DNA of 64,000 nucleotides from Octopus sinensis (taxonomy: Eukaryota): NCBI RefSeq assembly GCF_006345805.1, contig NC_043001.1, positions 86,676,001 to 86,740,000 of the forward strand, read 5' to 3'. Position 1 is the stretch's first letter. Each line of letters starts with the position of its first letter. Below the pieces are notes generated by a model. That model was not told the origin of the DNA. It worked only from the letters and a program-made list of their open reading frames with translations, and did not search any database. The position numbers were made by a program, and so were the translations under genes. Below are positions 37,242-50,120 of the stretch, one piece after another.

Positions 37242-40200
37242 CTAGCAGAATTGCCCGGCGATGCTCGGGGCTGAATTGCTTGAAAATACTGTTAATGATT
37301 GCATTAAATTATGATGATTATTCAGGCAAATATTGATATAAGTTTACGGCGAATGAATGTATTTGTAAGTGTATAGAAAGCCGTGTAAAGGGGTTCCAAC
37401 CCCCTCGTAGAATGGTGTAAGAATTGAATGCGAGGTTGCCTTGAAAAGAGCCATGTTATTGTTCTCATAATTGTAAGAATTTGATAGTCGTGGAAGGCGG
37501 TGTAAAACGTTCGCAGGTGAAAAGGGTCTCTTCGTTTTCCACGAACGGCAGCGGATGTGCTGTTACAAAACTTCATGCTGTGTTAAAAGAGAATGGATGC
37601 CCTCTGTAGGCAAGAGGGGAATGAAGCATGGGTAAGTAAATATGGGTAATTTATAAAATATAGAACAATAGCATCTACTCACTATATGTCAGACCGGCAG
37701 GACTGTAGTGGTGCTGAATAGATGAATCACAACACAGTGGTGGAGATGTTTTCATTGATGGGCGTTATGATTAAATTTGTTGTATAAAATGATCTGTTGC
37801 TTAGTTTCCAAAGTGTATGTTGCGATCGTGTTGTCGCTTATGTTAACTTTAACAGTGAGAGTGAAGATGTAGGGGGTAGATGTGTCATGTACGTTGGATA
37901 TAGAAGATGAGGCTGGTGGTTTGATGATGAATGGATAGAAATAGAGGTGAGCGAATGACAGGTGTTGGTTAAGTGTGAATTAATGTCATGAAACGCCTAA
38001 AAATGTAAATGCCATCATAAAAGAGAGTCGTATGTAAGTGAAATACTAACGTGTTCGAAAATGATGAAACGTAGTAATCCTATAAAACCTCATTGTACAC
38101 AATGTTTTTTGTTTTTCGTTGTGGAACGAATGCGAAAGCATCACTGTTGCTGCCGACACGCGAGCAGGCAACATAAAGCTGACCATGAGAGAAACATGGC
38201 TCTCCAAAATGTATTCCCGCCACAGACAGTGTTTGACCCTGCGCTTTGTTAATTGACATTGCGAAACATGGCCTTACTGGGAACTGGGACCTCCGAAATA
38301 TGAAAGGTAGGTCTGCTCCTGATGGGAAAAGATGCGTCCTAGGTATGAGCACAACGTTGCCTCGACCGCACCCTGTGATAATGGTGGTCTCAATCAAATT
38401 GGGAGATAAGGACTTAACGATCAAATTTGGGGGAACCAAATTTCTAATGAGCATTATAGGGGCACCAACTTTAAGTTTGAGAATGTGTGGTGGTAGTCCA
38501 GGGGGCTCAAAGGAATTGAGTACCTCTATTGGATAATTGATGACGTCCTCTGGGTCAGGAGTTGTATCGATAGACTTATATACATAGACATCCCCATGAA
38601 TGAGTCTTAGCATTTCATCATTAATATGGTGAACAGTTTTATTCCTCGGGGCCAGAATAGCCCTTTGGCCAATCCAATCCATATTCTGATAATTAGCTTG
38701 TAGATCTGGGAACACTGCATCTCTGAGATCAGAAGGCGTTTTAACAATGGTACAAATGGAATCGATGGCAATATTACCATTTTCATCCCCTGGTATTTTG
38801 CCTTCGCCAAGTGCAAGGAGGGTGTGAGAAAATGCTGCTGATGTGATATCACGTCGCATATGAGTACGCATATTGGTGTGAAGTTTGAGAGTCTTCACCA
38901 GTGGCCACAATGTGGATGACTTAAGACACGCACTTACTGCATCAGCTGTAGTCCCTTTGGGAATAACGGGAAGTGTTTGTCGGAAGTCCCCTGAAAGAAG
39001 AAGTGTTATGCCTCCCATGGGAACTGAAGAGTGTTTGATGTCTCTGAGAGATCTATCTAGTGCCTCAAGAGCACCTCTGTGGGCCATCGTGCATTCATCC
39101 CAAACGATAAGCTTGCATCGTCTGAAGACTTCTGCCTGATCGGAGTTGTTACTGATGTTGCAAGTTGGTGTCTCAGGCTTCGCTAAGTCAAGCGGGAGCT
39201 TGAAAGTGGAGTGAGCTGTCCTGCCGCCTGGCAACAAAGTAGCCGCAATTCCAGATGATGCCACAGCTAGGGCAATGCCTTGTGTTCGCCTAATCTCAGC
39301 CAATATTAATTTGTTGACAAAAGTTTTCTCAGTGCCCCCAGGAGCGCCCAGGAAAAAAATCCCCCTAGCTTTGGCCCGGACTGAATTAACAACGGAGTTG
39401 TAAGCGAACTTCTGTTCTGGAAGGAGCTTTGGCTCATTGTCGGCTATGTACTCGGCAAGTTCGTCAACATTAAAACATGTCTCACGCAGCAAATGTGAAG
39501 ACAGAGTGTTTGTGCCTTCCCGGTTTGTTTAAGGTAGGCCATAGACCGGCAAGGCACTACCGCCCATATCAAGTACAGTATCTTCGATTTTAAGCAGCGC
39601 CCTGTTGTAAATGAGGTCAGTGTACCCGACCTCCATTGATGGATGTAGCGATTGAGCGTGACGCAGGAAATCTTCAGACATATAATCTTTGTAGGTAAGC
39701 CATAAAGAGGCGGGATCAGCCAAGTCACACCATAGTAGTAGAATAGCGAAAGGCGATCTGATTTTTTTAGATTTTAACGAAACACCCTCCGCCATAGTGG
39801 CGCCCCATTGTGAATCATCCTCCAAAAGTCGACGCCGAAAACAGGCTTCGCGGAAAGTATCACATAATACACCATCAACAGTTCTGATGTCTTGAAAACT
39901 TTGTGGGCCTAAAACCTCATGGAGGAGAAGGCGCGGGTGAAAACACTCATGTTGGTTCAAAATATATAACGGACTGGAATTGTAGGCCCGTCTCTTGCAA
40001 TTTCGATAAATTGGATCTTGTCCTCCCTCTTGTATAGAAGTGTACGGCTACAGCGAAATTCATTTTTGGACTTTCTTCTATCGAAGGCATTTTAACAAAA
40101 ATGCTTCCGTAAAGACGGTGAAAATATTGTCAATTTCCCCAAACAGGGACACAATTCAATTTTTAAACAATAACCAAAGCCCCTTCTCCGAAAGGGGGAG

Positions 40201-40820
40201 GGTTACGGTTTACAATTATTTAACAAATGCAACACAACAGCGTTTCCCTGACGAGGAACCAACAAACGTGATTACAATAGTCAAACAGTAATAATAATAA
40301 CAACAAACCTTTTAAATTTATCCCCATTTATGTGAAACCACTTATTCAAGTTCAATTTTATACGAATTGCTAACACACACACACACACACATAATAACGG
40401 TGAAAAATTTAATATTAATTTGATTAATATGAATCGAAAACCAGTGGTGTAGCATATAAGACCATAGCGGATCTTCCTCTAGCAAAAAGGATGACCACTA
40501 TTAATGGCTCATCCCTGTTATATAATACTTTCACTTTAATAGTTTCACACTTGCAAAGAGAAAGTAGGAGAAAGTGTGGTGGTAATAGCAGGAGTAAACC
40601 ACTTGAAATGAGAGAGGCAAATCGTAAAATATTGAGTTTTCTCGAATTTTTGCTTAATTGGGGGTCAAATTGAAAAAAAACTTTACATGCCATGACCCAA
40701 TCGAATCTACTTGGAAAAATCATAGGTAAATTCCAATTGAAAAAATTCTATATTGTAGAATTGTATTAAAAAGAAACATGGGAACAGGCAGAGAAAATCT
40801 GCCTTTTATCATAAGAGAGA
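37242..40820 (-). mobile_element. Helitron (3.6 kb), Rep-deleted derivative with Pif1 helicase
   Basis: A|TC at 40820; 3' hairpin CCCGAGCATCGCCGGG followed by CTAG|T at 37242; RepHel linker ORF 39529-39960 and helicase ORF 38080-39492; no HUH/Rep motif seen. Confidence 0.9.
38080..39492 (-). pseudogene. Helitron Pif1-family SF1 helicase (probably inactive)
   Basis: VASSGIAATLL, IVWDE, GDFRQTLP, FAMSINKAQGQT, HGQLYVACSRV. Walker A reads GGTEKT (canonical GGTGKT), and the CNGTR motif is lost by an 18-bp in-frame deletion. Confidence 0.88.
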
Positions 40821-40999
40821 TTTTGTAATCCCAGTTTTACTGAATACTTTAGCTGTTTAACAGTTGTTCTTGTTTATTCTTTTTCTTCATATTTTATCAT
40901 TGTAGCCTCTGCTTTATATTTTTCTGCTTCTTTGAAGACAGGAAAAAGAGTATACAATTTTCTGTTTTGTACTTGTTTTGTTGCTATTTGTATGAGTTT

Positions 41000-43230
41000 T
41001 CCCCGATTATGAATTTGATATTTTCGTAATCTATTTCAATCTTCTTCAGCCATTTGTCTTCATCTTTGTTTACTGTTCCCAACACACCAATTATTATAGG
41101 AACGACCTTTACTGTTCGTATGCTCCAAATTCTTCCTATTTGAAATGTTAAGGGATTGTATTTTCGTTGTTTTTCTTCCTCTTTCTCTACATTCCTGGTA
41201 TCAAACGGGCATGATGGGTCGATAAGTAAGTAACTTTGCTTTTCCTTATCTATAAATAAGCAACGTCGCTTTTCTTCATTATTTTTTTTCCGATTGATTT
41301 GCGTTTTATTTCATCTTCCGATCGGGTCTCGGCCAGAGACCTAATGCACGTATACATTAGATGGAAACTTCCTGAGAATGTGAAAGGTTGGTATTAACAC
41401 ATTTTTTTGTCGCATATATTGTTGGTTTCTCAAAGATCTGGTCAAAAACTTGTCAGTACCTTTCTTGATCATCTTAGACCACCTAAAACAACAGAGATGG
41501 TTTTGGCTTTTAATTGCACCTCCTAGATATCTCAATCTCAAGGTCTTATATTTCGATGGTTTTTCAAATTCCTTTGCTGAGATGTTTCTATCAGTAGGTA
41601 CTGTCATATCAATTAACAAGTATGTTTTTTTTTGTCTTATGTGTGATGATGAGAGGCTATTAAGCCACAAGTTTGAGATTTTATCATATCCAGTAGACTT
41701 CCAAATTTACATAGAACTTGAGTTAGTTCCTGCAATGCAATATTGTTCCATCCCTGTTCTTCAATCTTAGCCATTCTTTCTTCTTCTCCCTCAACCCATT
41801 CAATTCTTTTAGTTGAATTCCTTTCTATCACTCCATATATTTTTCCAAAATGTCACTACTTTGATATGAGCGAGTCTTTTACTTCGATAGATTGTTTCCC
41901 TAACTCACAATAGAATTTCTTAGCATCAGTTTGAAATTTCTTATTTTATCTGTAAAATTTGTTTCTCTTTTCATACCTGCGTAACCGTTGGGTCTAAAAC
42001 TGCATTTTTTTGCTTAACCATCTCTTTTGCTTTCAATACTTCATTCACGTTAATTAAATTGTATTTTCGTTTTATCATTCTAGCCATTCTCGTCTTTACA
42101 TTATTTCTTTTGAAAAGGCGGCGAGCCGGCAGAAACGTTAGCACACCGATCCTGAGTTCAAATTCCGCTGAGGTCAACTTTGCCTTTCTTCCTTTCGAGG
42201 TTGATAAATTAAGTACCAGTTGCGTACTGGGGTTGATCTAATCGACTGGTCCCCTCCCCCAAAATTTCGGGCCTTGTGCCTAGAGTAGAAAAGATTATTT
42301 CTTTTGAAGAGTTCATCTAAGATCGATAATTCCCGTCGGAAGCTCTCGATTTCATTATTCATGCACTCTTCCACCTTGAGTGTTCATGTGCTTTTTTGTG
42401 AGCCTTTTCTTTACTTCGACGCCTGTTTTCTTTGTAGCAGCAATAGCTGTTGGATATATAAGATGCTTTAATGCGGTTAAAATCAGTCTGTTTCAAAGAG
42501 AAGCTGCTTCAGGACATAGTCATATATTTTAATCGTAAAGTGATTTGATTTGGTGTTCTGAAACTTTAGTAGTTGATCTCTCTCATTTATTTCTAGCTGT
42601 TCAGAAATGCCTAGCTCTCTCAGGATATCGTTTTTTGCCTCAAGTATTCTCTCTCTATTGGCTTCAGCGATGTGTCGACCATTACAGCTTCAGTCTCATT
42701 CCTACTTCCCGTTACTTCACTTTCAAATCGGTCATCTACTACTCCAAGTTATAAGTTGCCTACATCAACATCATGTTCAGGGGTGTCTCTATCAATAGGT
42801 TGAATGTTTTCCTGTTCATTATTCCCAGTACCTGCACCATGTGATTCAGCTTGATTTCCTGGGATGATGGTGGCATTATTTTTTTATTGTCTCTAATTCT
42901 GCTGGTGTTAGGCAGTTATTACGCATGATGTCTCTGCGTACGTTGGCTAATTTGTTTGCATCAGTATAATCGCGGGTGCCACCCCCTAGCATCTCTCTCC
43001 AGATATTGAAACACAACTCAGCTTTGGTACGCTTTGGTTGGTTCAATGTTGTGTAGAATGTTGTCATGGCAATCTCGCCCATCTATTTTTAGTAGTTCTT
43101 TCGAAGTTTGTTTTATTTGGGGTTTGTCTTAAATAGTCAGGGTTGATAGGAATTTGTTTCGATTTTCAACTTTACGACATCAGGTTGGTTCCTCTCTGGG
43201 AGACGCGTCTTCGATGACCCGCGTGACGGG
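41000..43230 (-). mobile_element. Two decayed R4-type LINE remnants (3' end 41000-41300; deleted copy 41340-43230 with N-terminal region)
   Basis: LLIDPSCPFD..VPIIIGVLG; LLIDMTVPTDRNISAKEFEK; DANKLANVRRDI. Confidence 0.7.
42116..42295 (+). mobile_element. SINE family B variant with ~15-bp TSD
   Basis: GGCGGCGAGCCGGCAGAA..GAGTTCAAATTCC; TSD ATTATTTCTTTTGAA on both sides. Confidence 0.85.
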
Positions 43231-43568
43231 CGATGTGGTATAACCTGTTTCTAGTCTGCATTTTGCGTGAAGAATCCATTTTAACCTTACTGGCAAGAAG
43301 TGATTATTCTCTCTACGCTAGACAGATTTGCTTCATCAAGCTTGAAGGGGGGCATGTCTGCCTTCATTTGGATGGGCTGTGCTGTGCTGGCCATCATCAC
43401 AGTATTCATAACCCTGCAGCAGTGGGTTAAGCATTGTTTTTTGTTGTTGATGTTTTCGTTTTTTTTATGTATTCTTTATAGCTTGGGAAGTACAAACTCT
43501 TCCCTAATTGTATTGCATCAGTATGTTTTTTTTTTTGGCGCTTGTGCTTGAATCTTTTGTATTGTGAG

Positions 43569-43655
<87 letters not shown>

Positions 43656-44419
43656 GCGAGTTGTGTTCTTCAGTTGGGTATCAGCAGTGACTTTAAGAGA
43701 AGAGTCCGTATGTTCAGTGTTAACTTTTTGACAGAACGCAGCTTCTTCATATCGCGAAATTCACCGTTTTCTTGAGAGCTTTATCAATGAGTACAGCTGT
43801 CCCTTTCCACAGTTTAAAAAGAAACTAAATAAACTTGTTGCAGCTTTTGCTAAAGGCAATAAAATACTGTGTGCTCGACGCTAGTTTGTTTTGTGCGCGT
43901 ATGGAGGGTACTATGTGTTCGTTTGTGAATTGTATAAACATAAATATTGTATTTACGAAGATGTACCTGCATAGCAAGTGAGATGCAGCACGGATTTTTG
44001 TCAGTGAACAGGTCGCGGTCTTAAAGCGACGAAAATATTTTGACAAATTAAATTTAAATGTTGAAGTGAATCGAACGGCTTTTGTGTGTTTCTTAAATGG
44101 CTTACAAACACCTTCCACACTGCAAATATTGTATTGGTTGATGTATAATCGAGAAATAGCAATGCCCTTATGTGTGGTAATGGGAATGCATATATGATTA
44201 GTTCTAGTGCTCACAGTTTCGATGTGAATAGTTCTCGTTGCTCCTCATGCATAAATTTTGCAGCGGCAACGCGAGAAAAATCTCTTGTTTTCTTTCCTTT
44301 TTAGGCTGTTCCTTAAATTCAACTTGATGATGATCTCAGATTTAATCTTTCCTCCCAGGGAGCTCGGTAATGTACGTCCATCTCCTCGTTATTCGCTGCG
44401 GAACTATTATTATTACTGT

Positions 44420-45170
44420 TCAGTAGTCAGAGTGAACGGTCACCTCTCAGAGCCGGTCAACATCATGTGCTCGGTCCAACAAGGTTGCCCCCTCTCGCCT
44501 TTGTACTGACTCTCGAGCCTCTACTACACAAACTGGAGACGTTGAGAGGCATCCCACGTGACCTGGGATGTGGGAGATGCTTGTCGGCATATGACGTCGA
44601 CATCACCGTAGTGATGTCGGATCATAATCACATAGAAATGATCGGCACCGCTCTCGGGGACTACGAGGCGGTTTCAGGAAAACTCATTGGGCTTGCGGTT
44701 CGACTCCTGGAGAAGTAAGTCCATGCTGTCCAACTGCGTCGTTGGGCACTGGACTGACGGACCGGTTAAATTGCTTGGGGTCTGGTAACGAGATGGGGTG
44801 ACGTAACGAACTGGGTGACTACTTTCACCCAGAAATGGGCCGAGAGAAAGCTCTCCTTGAAAAGTCGGGCAGTATATCGCGTCCGTCATTTACTATCACT
44901 TTACCGTTGTGCCTTGTCCTGGCCACCGTCTGATTACGATGGAATGTATACTCTTCCGTTTCTTGTGGAAGAGACACGTCCCGATAGTCAGGTGGTCTAT
45001 CAGCTGTCAGCACCCGTGGTTGATGATGCGTAGACATGCGCTGAGGCTACATCTCAAGTACTTCCTTGACGGTGAAAAGGTGCGATCGCCGTTTGCCAGA
45101 CACGTATTTCCGCAGTTAGTTTCTTTAACGGAGTTGCAGTCCTGGATAAAGCAGTCCAGTTTCCTCTTAA
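44420..45170 (+). mobile_element. L1/Tx1-clade RT fragment, decayed
   Basis: VRVNGHLSEP..QGCPLSP, LSAYD, YEAVSG, GPVKLLGVW, W..RKLSLK. Confidence 0.8.
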
Positions 45171-45263
45171 CCAATGCTCAAATTTTCCTAGATCTTGCCT
45201 TGTCCGCATTATGTCCCTTTTAATGCGTCGTTTCCACCATATTTCTTTTGCTCTACTATTTAT

Positions 45264-45367
<104 letters not shown>

Positions 45368-45372
45368 TATTA

Positions 45373-45735
45373 AGGCGGCGTGCTGGCAGAATCGTTAGCA
45401 CGCGGGGCGAAATGCTTTGCGGTATTGCGTCTGTCGCTACATTCTGAGTTCAAATTCCGCCAAGGTCGATTTTTCCTTTCAGCCATTCAGGGTCGATTAT
45501 ATAAGTACCAGTTACGCACTGGGGTCGATGTAATCGATTTATCCCTTCCCCCATAATTGAAGCCTTGTGCTTCCAGTAGAAAGAAATGTTATTATTATTA
45601 GACAGGCGGCGAGCTGGCAGAATCGTTAGCACGCCGGGCGAAATGCTTCGAAATATTTCGTCTGTCGCTACGTTCTGAGTTCAAATTCCACCGAGGTCGA
45701 CTTTGCCTTTATCTTTTTGGGGTCGGTTAAATAAG
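45373..45735 (+). mobile_element. Two adjacent SINE family B copies
   Basis: Heads at ~45373 and ~45604 with A and B boxes. Confidence 0.85.
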
Positions 45736-46042
45736 TAACTAATAGAAGCTATTTTGTGTTAAAGTTGTCGTATTTGGGTAATTTTAACCAATAAACGGCC
45801 ACTACAATTACGTGTTTTCCGGTGTATAAGCCACTATTTTTCACCTCGAAAATTTAGAGTGCGGTTTATAGAAAAGTGCGCTTAATATGTGTACTTTTTT
45901 TATAAGTTTCGGGAGGAAAATAATTTGTGTATAGAGGAAAGGTCAGTTGGTGAACAACATGAAAGACTACGGCACATTCAAATAATAATAATCTATCTAT
46001 ATCAAGGATCACATTTTTCAGTATACTATTCTTTAATTTAAA

Positions 46043-46323
46043 TGTGTGTGATTAAAGTGAAACATTTCTAACAGAGTCGAACGGCTGTATGGAGGCTGGG
46101 TCGAGTATTCTCTAGTACTTCTAGACAGAACACTCCATTTTGTTTCGACCTTATAACGAAACTTAAAGATTACCCGTATGTGTGTGCCTGGAAGAAAACA
46201 AAGAATATTTGTTTTGTTTTAACTTCATGTTTTGATAATGTTATTTTTAATCTAATAAAGACTTTTATATTGACGAAATGTGTTTGTTGTTGATTATAGT
46301 AAGATGAAATCATAACACTAACA
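46043..46323. repeat. LTR-like repeat; a second partial copy lies at 47077-47215
   Basis: ~140-bp near-identical direct repeat; the first copy runs TG...AATAAA...AACACTAACA; no TSD found. Confidence 0.45.
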
Positions 46324-47209
46324 ATACATCTCGTAGTTGTAAGAGAAGGCATTTTGAAGCAACATACACGTCAACAACAAAAATGCTAGCTGCGGACCCG
46401 TAGCTCTATATGTCTTTAAAACACCGGAGCGCTTTAAGTGTGGATAAAACACCGATGTCGGGCAAACGAATAAATATTTGTAAATAATATTTCTTCCGTC
46501 TTCATGTTGATTCTTCGATGTTTACTGGTTACTCCGACGCGAGAACCAAAAACAAAAAAAGCGCGTAATATGCGACACAGACAGTAAACAAAAAATAAAA
46601 TAGAACAGAGTGGTGACATTTAGTAGAGATGACCCTGAAGTTGTTCCTCTTCGATTACTATCGCAAACAGCAGTAGCTTTCTTCAACCGAATACAGGTCG
46701 TTCATTGGTTAAAATTACCCAAATACGACAACTTTATCACGAAATAACTTCTAAAATACCAAATTTTGTCAAAATTGTTCTAAGTAAACCGTGTTAGGGT
46801 TAGGCGGAGGGGGAGGGGGAGGGTTAGTTACAGGATGTTGTCTCAGTTTTAGACGCAGCAAATGGTTTTAGTTCAATAGAGGTAATCGATTGGTTAAAAT
46901 TGCCGAAATGATCGGATTTTCAGACGAAATATCTTACAAACTATAGAATTTTCTCAATTAAACCAAGAGAAAATGATGTTTTATAAACACATTCTACCAG
47001 TATACGAAGTTTAAAACTTTTTAGTTACCTAGAAATTATGTTACAAACTGCCGATCAAAAAGGAAAAGATCCAACATGTGTGTGATTTAAATAAAACATT
47101 TCTAACAGAGTCGAACGGCTGTATGGAGGCTTGTTCGAGTATTCTCTAGTACTTCTAGACTGAACACTCCATTTTGTTTCGACCTTATAACGAAACTTAA
47201 AGATTACCC

Positions 47210-47265
<56 letters not shown>

Positions 47266-47599
47266 ATGTACTTAAAATAGCTGCATTTGGTTAGTTGCGA
47301 TACTGAAAATAAAAAGTCTCGGGATCTTTACCCAAAGTTCTGTCAAATCTACAAGTAGCACCATCAGTCGGACTACTTGTTCAAACAATAAACAATGGCA
47401 GACGAAAGTCTGTAGCGGATAGGAAAGCAGTAAAAACTTCGGTTAGTAACTGAATATTGCGTTCTGGCTTCACACAAAGAGTGACCTACTACACGGCGAT
47501 GCCGCCAGACAAATAGATAATTCATGATGGGAAGGGGATAAATGCTGGTTTAGCTAATTTTGGGGTATGTTGCCATTTAGCATATATAATGAAAAAACT

Positions 47600-47705
<106 letters not shown>

Positions 47706-48835
47706 TTATCTATCTCTCATTCTCGAGATATATTTATGTTGATATGCGTGTGTGTATATGTATCATATGTATGTATGCATATATTATGTATGTATGTATG
47801 TATGTATGTATGTATGTATGTATGTATGCATGTATACACACACACACACACACACAGACGCATGTACGCGCACACGTACATACACACACACAAGCACACT
47901 CATTCACCAAGATTCACACTTTTTACAAGGATACCAAAAAGCGAGAGTTCCTTTCATTTTCGTCTTATACCACAAATGTAAAGAATATATTTTCGAGGCA
48001 CTACAGCAAATATGCATTTCTACAAAATGAGGTTAATGTTTTGCAGTAGTCCGAGAAATTTTCGAGGAAAATACTGTGGACGGGCAACCTTTTTATGTAA
48101 ATAAGTAGGCAAACGTGATATATGAGCCACACATTTTCCCCCAAAATTATTTTTCGGTATCTAAAGTTTTTAACCACAAAAATTACATAAAAAGATATAG
48201 ATTTTCAAGATTCGAATCCCCCATTCCAAGTTTTTTTTTTAACTCCTTTTTGATCTTTTCCTTTTACATCCACGTTTAATAATATGGCGACTGCAATATT
48301 CTGGAAAAAAATTACATTTTTTATACCTCCTCTTTTCGGCATTCTGGATACCTACACTCATTCGACAGCAATCTTCAGTCAGATTTTAACTTGTCTGTCC
48401 ATTTGCACATGCATAGATGTGTCCTGAACAATAACTATCAGATGACACAAAGAAATGAGGCCTCCTTATAACATGCGACAAACTTCAACTAAATCTCCTT
48501 CAAATCATCACATCTAATGTCTTATAAAATAAAATAAAACATATATTCTAACATATATCAATATACAGCAATTACAAATCTGAAAAATTATTTTTTCCAA
48601 AATTTCAATTTTTTTTAAAATTCAACCCTTACTTCGGTTTTCGGAGTACCGACACTTGCCGGCATCAAAATCCATATACAGTGAAGAAGACTACAGCAAC
48701 TTTACCAGAGGCTTGTCGTAGCAGAATTTGTTCAAAGACGAGAGAACGTAAACATCTCAAGACAGAAATAAAAGACGTGATCTGACCTCATTTATCTTAC
48801 TGTTGATTTGGTGTTCCCATTGACATACGATAGAG

Positions 48836-50120
48836 CAGGGGTGGGCAAACTACGGCCCGCCATAGGTTTTCATGCGGCCCGCCGAGAGCTTTTATGAATC
48901 CCAACTTCTATGCAGATACTTCGTAACTGTTTCAGTTGTACGGTAATTCACAATAGTTTGCATTTTATTTCAGTTAACTGTTTCGCACCTTCACAAAATT
49001 GTCCGCTGTTTGTTTGTTTCAGCTACTGTGAAGCGATGAAAAATTTCAAGAAATATTCCCATGACATCATAATAAAACACATTTCCGGGTGAAGATATCT
49101 TTTCTGTGTTTTCTCGTCAGACCCTACAAACACAAAAATTAATAGAACAATGAAACAAGTATTGTGGCAATACAACGAGTCAATCGATATGCTGAAACAT
49201 TCAAATAAATAAATCACGTGATAGATGGTGAAGAGGGCATGATGGACGATGCGTTTCGTTCCAATGAAGAAGCCGGCCAGGTTAATAAAAGGGCTTGAAC
49301 CAGCTTTTTCTGGACACAGAGCTGTGGTTGGTTATCATTCACTCTATCGATTATTTGAATTTAGTACACACACGAGTGTTTCAAACTAGCTTTTGTTGTC
49401 TGATAAAATTTACCCAAAATGAGTTGTTCGAAGCTATCTAAAAAGCAAAAAATTGAAGAGGAATGTCGTGTTTTTAATGAAAATTGGACTGAAAAGTATT
49501 TCTTTACCGACGTTGGAGTGAAAGCTGCATGTTTGATTTGTTCTGAAACAGTTGCTGTGTTCAAGGAATATAATTTGAAACGCCACTTTCAAACGAAGCA
49601 CGCCAATTTTGGACACAATTTATCAAAAGAAGAACTGCAAAAGAAAGCAAATGATCTGACAAAACGTTTGAAGCAACAGCAAAATGTGTTTGATAAAACT
49701 TCCTCTTTACAAAGGAACGCGACAAAGGCAAGTTTTATATTGGCCAACAAAATTGCAAAGCAAAACAAGTCATTCGCAGAAGCAGAATTTATCAAAGATT
49801 GTATGGTTGATGCTGTCAGCGTTGTGTGTCCTGAAGTTAAGTCAAAAGTAGAAGCCATTTCCCTGTCACGAAGAACTATTGTTCGTCGCATTGATGCAAT
49901 TGCCGTGAATATTCATGAACAGCTGTTAACAGCCAGTGGTCGATTTCAGTGGTTTTCTATTGCTTTAGATGAGAGTACTGATATTCAGGATACTGCTCAG
50001 TTACTCATTTACATCAGAGGAATTGACGAAAACTTTGAAATTACAGAGGAATTGTTATCTATGGAGTCTCTCAAAGACACTACTACTGGAAAAGCTGTTT
50101 TTTGTAACTGCATGAACTAA
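48836..50120 (+). mobile_element. hAT (Charlie/SPIN-like, GTF2IRD2-type) transposon, left part
   Basis: Left TIR CAGGGGTGGGCAAACTACGGCCCGC; ORF 49419-50120 with RVFNENWTEKYFF..CLIC..FKEYNLKRHFQTKH and SIALDESTDIQDTAQL; truncated. Confidence 0.9.

Noticed and set aside
40240-40285. CTGACGA-GGAACC..AAACGTGATT, a possible hammerhead relic
   Set aside because: Helix II, GAAA and helix I cannot be formed.
49419-50120. Host GTF2IRD2/ZBED-like domesticated gene
   Set aside because: The TIR is still present upstream and the ORF is truncated, so it is treated as a transposon fragment.
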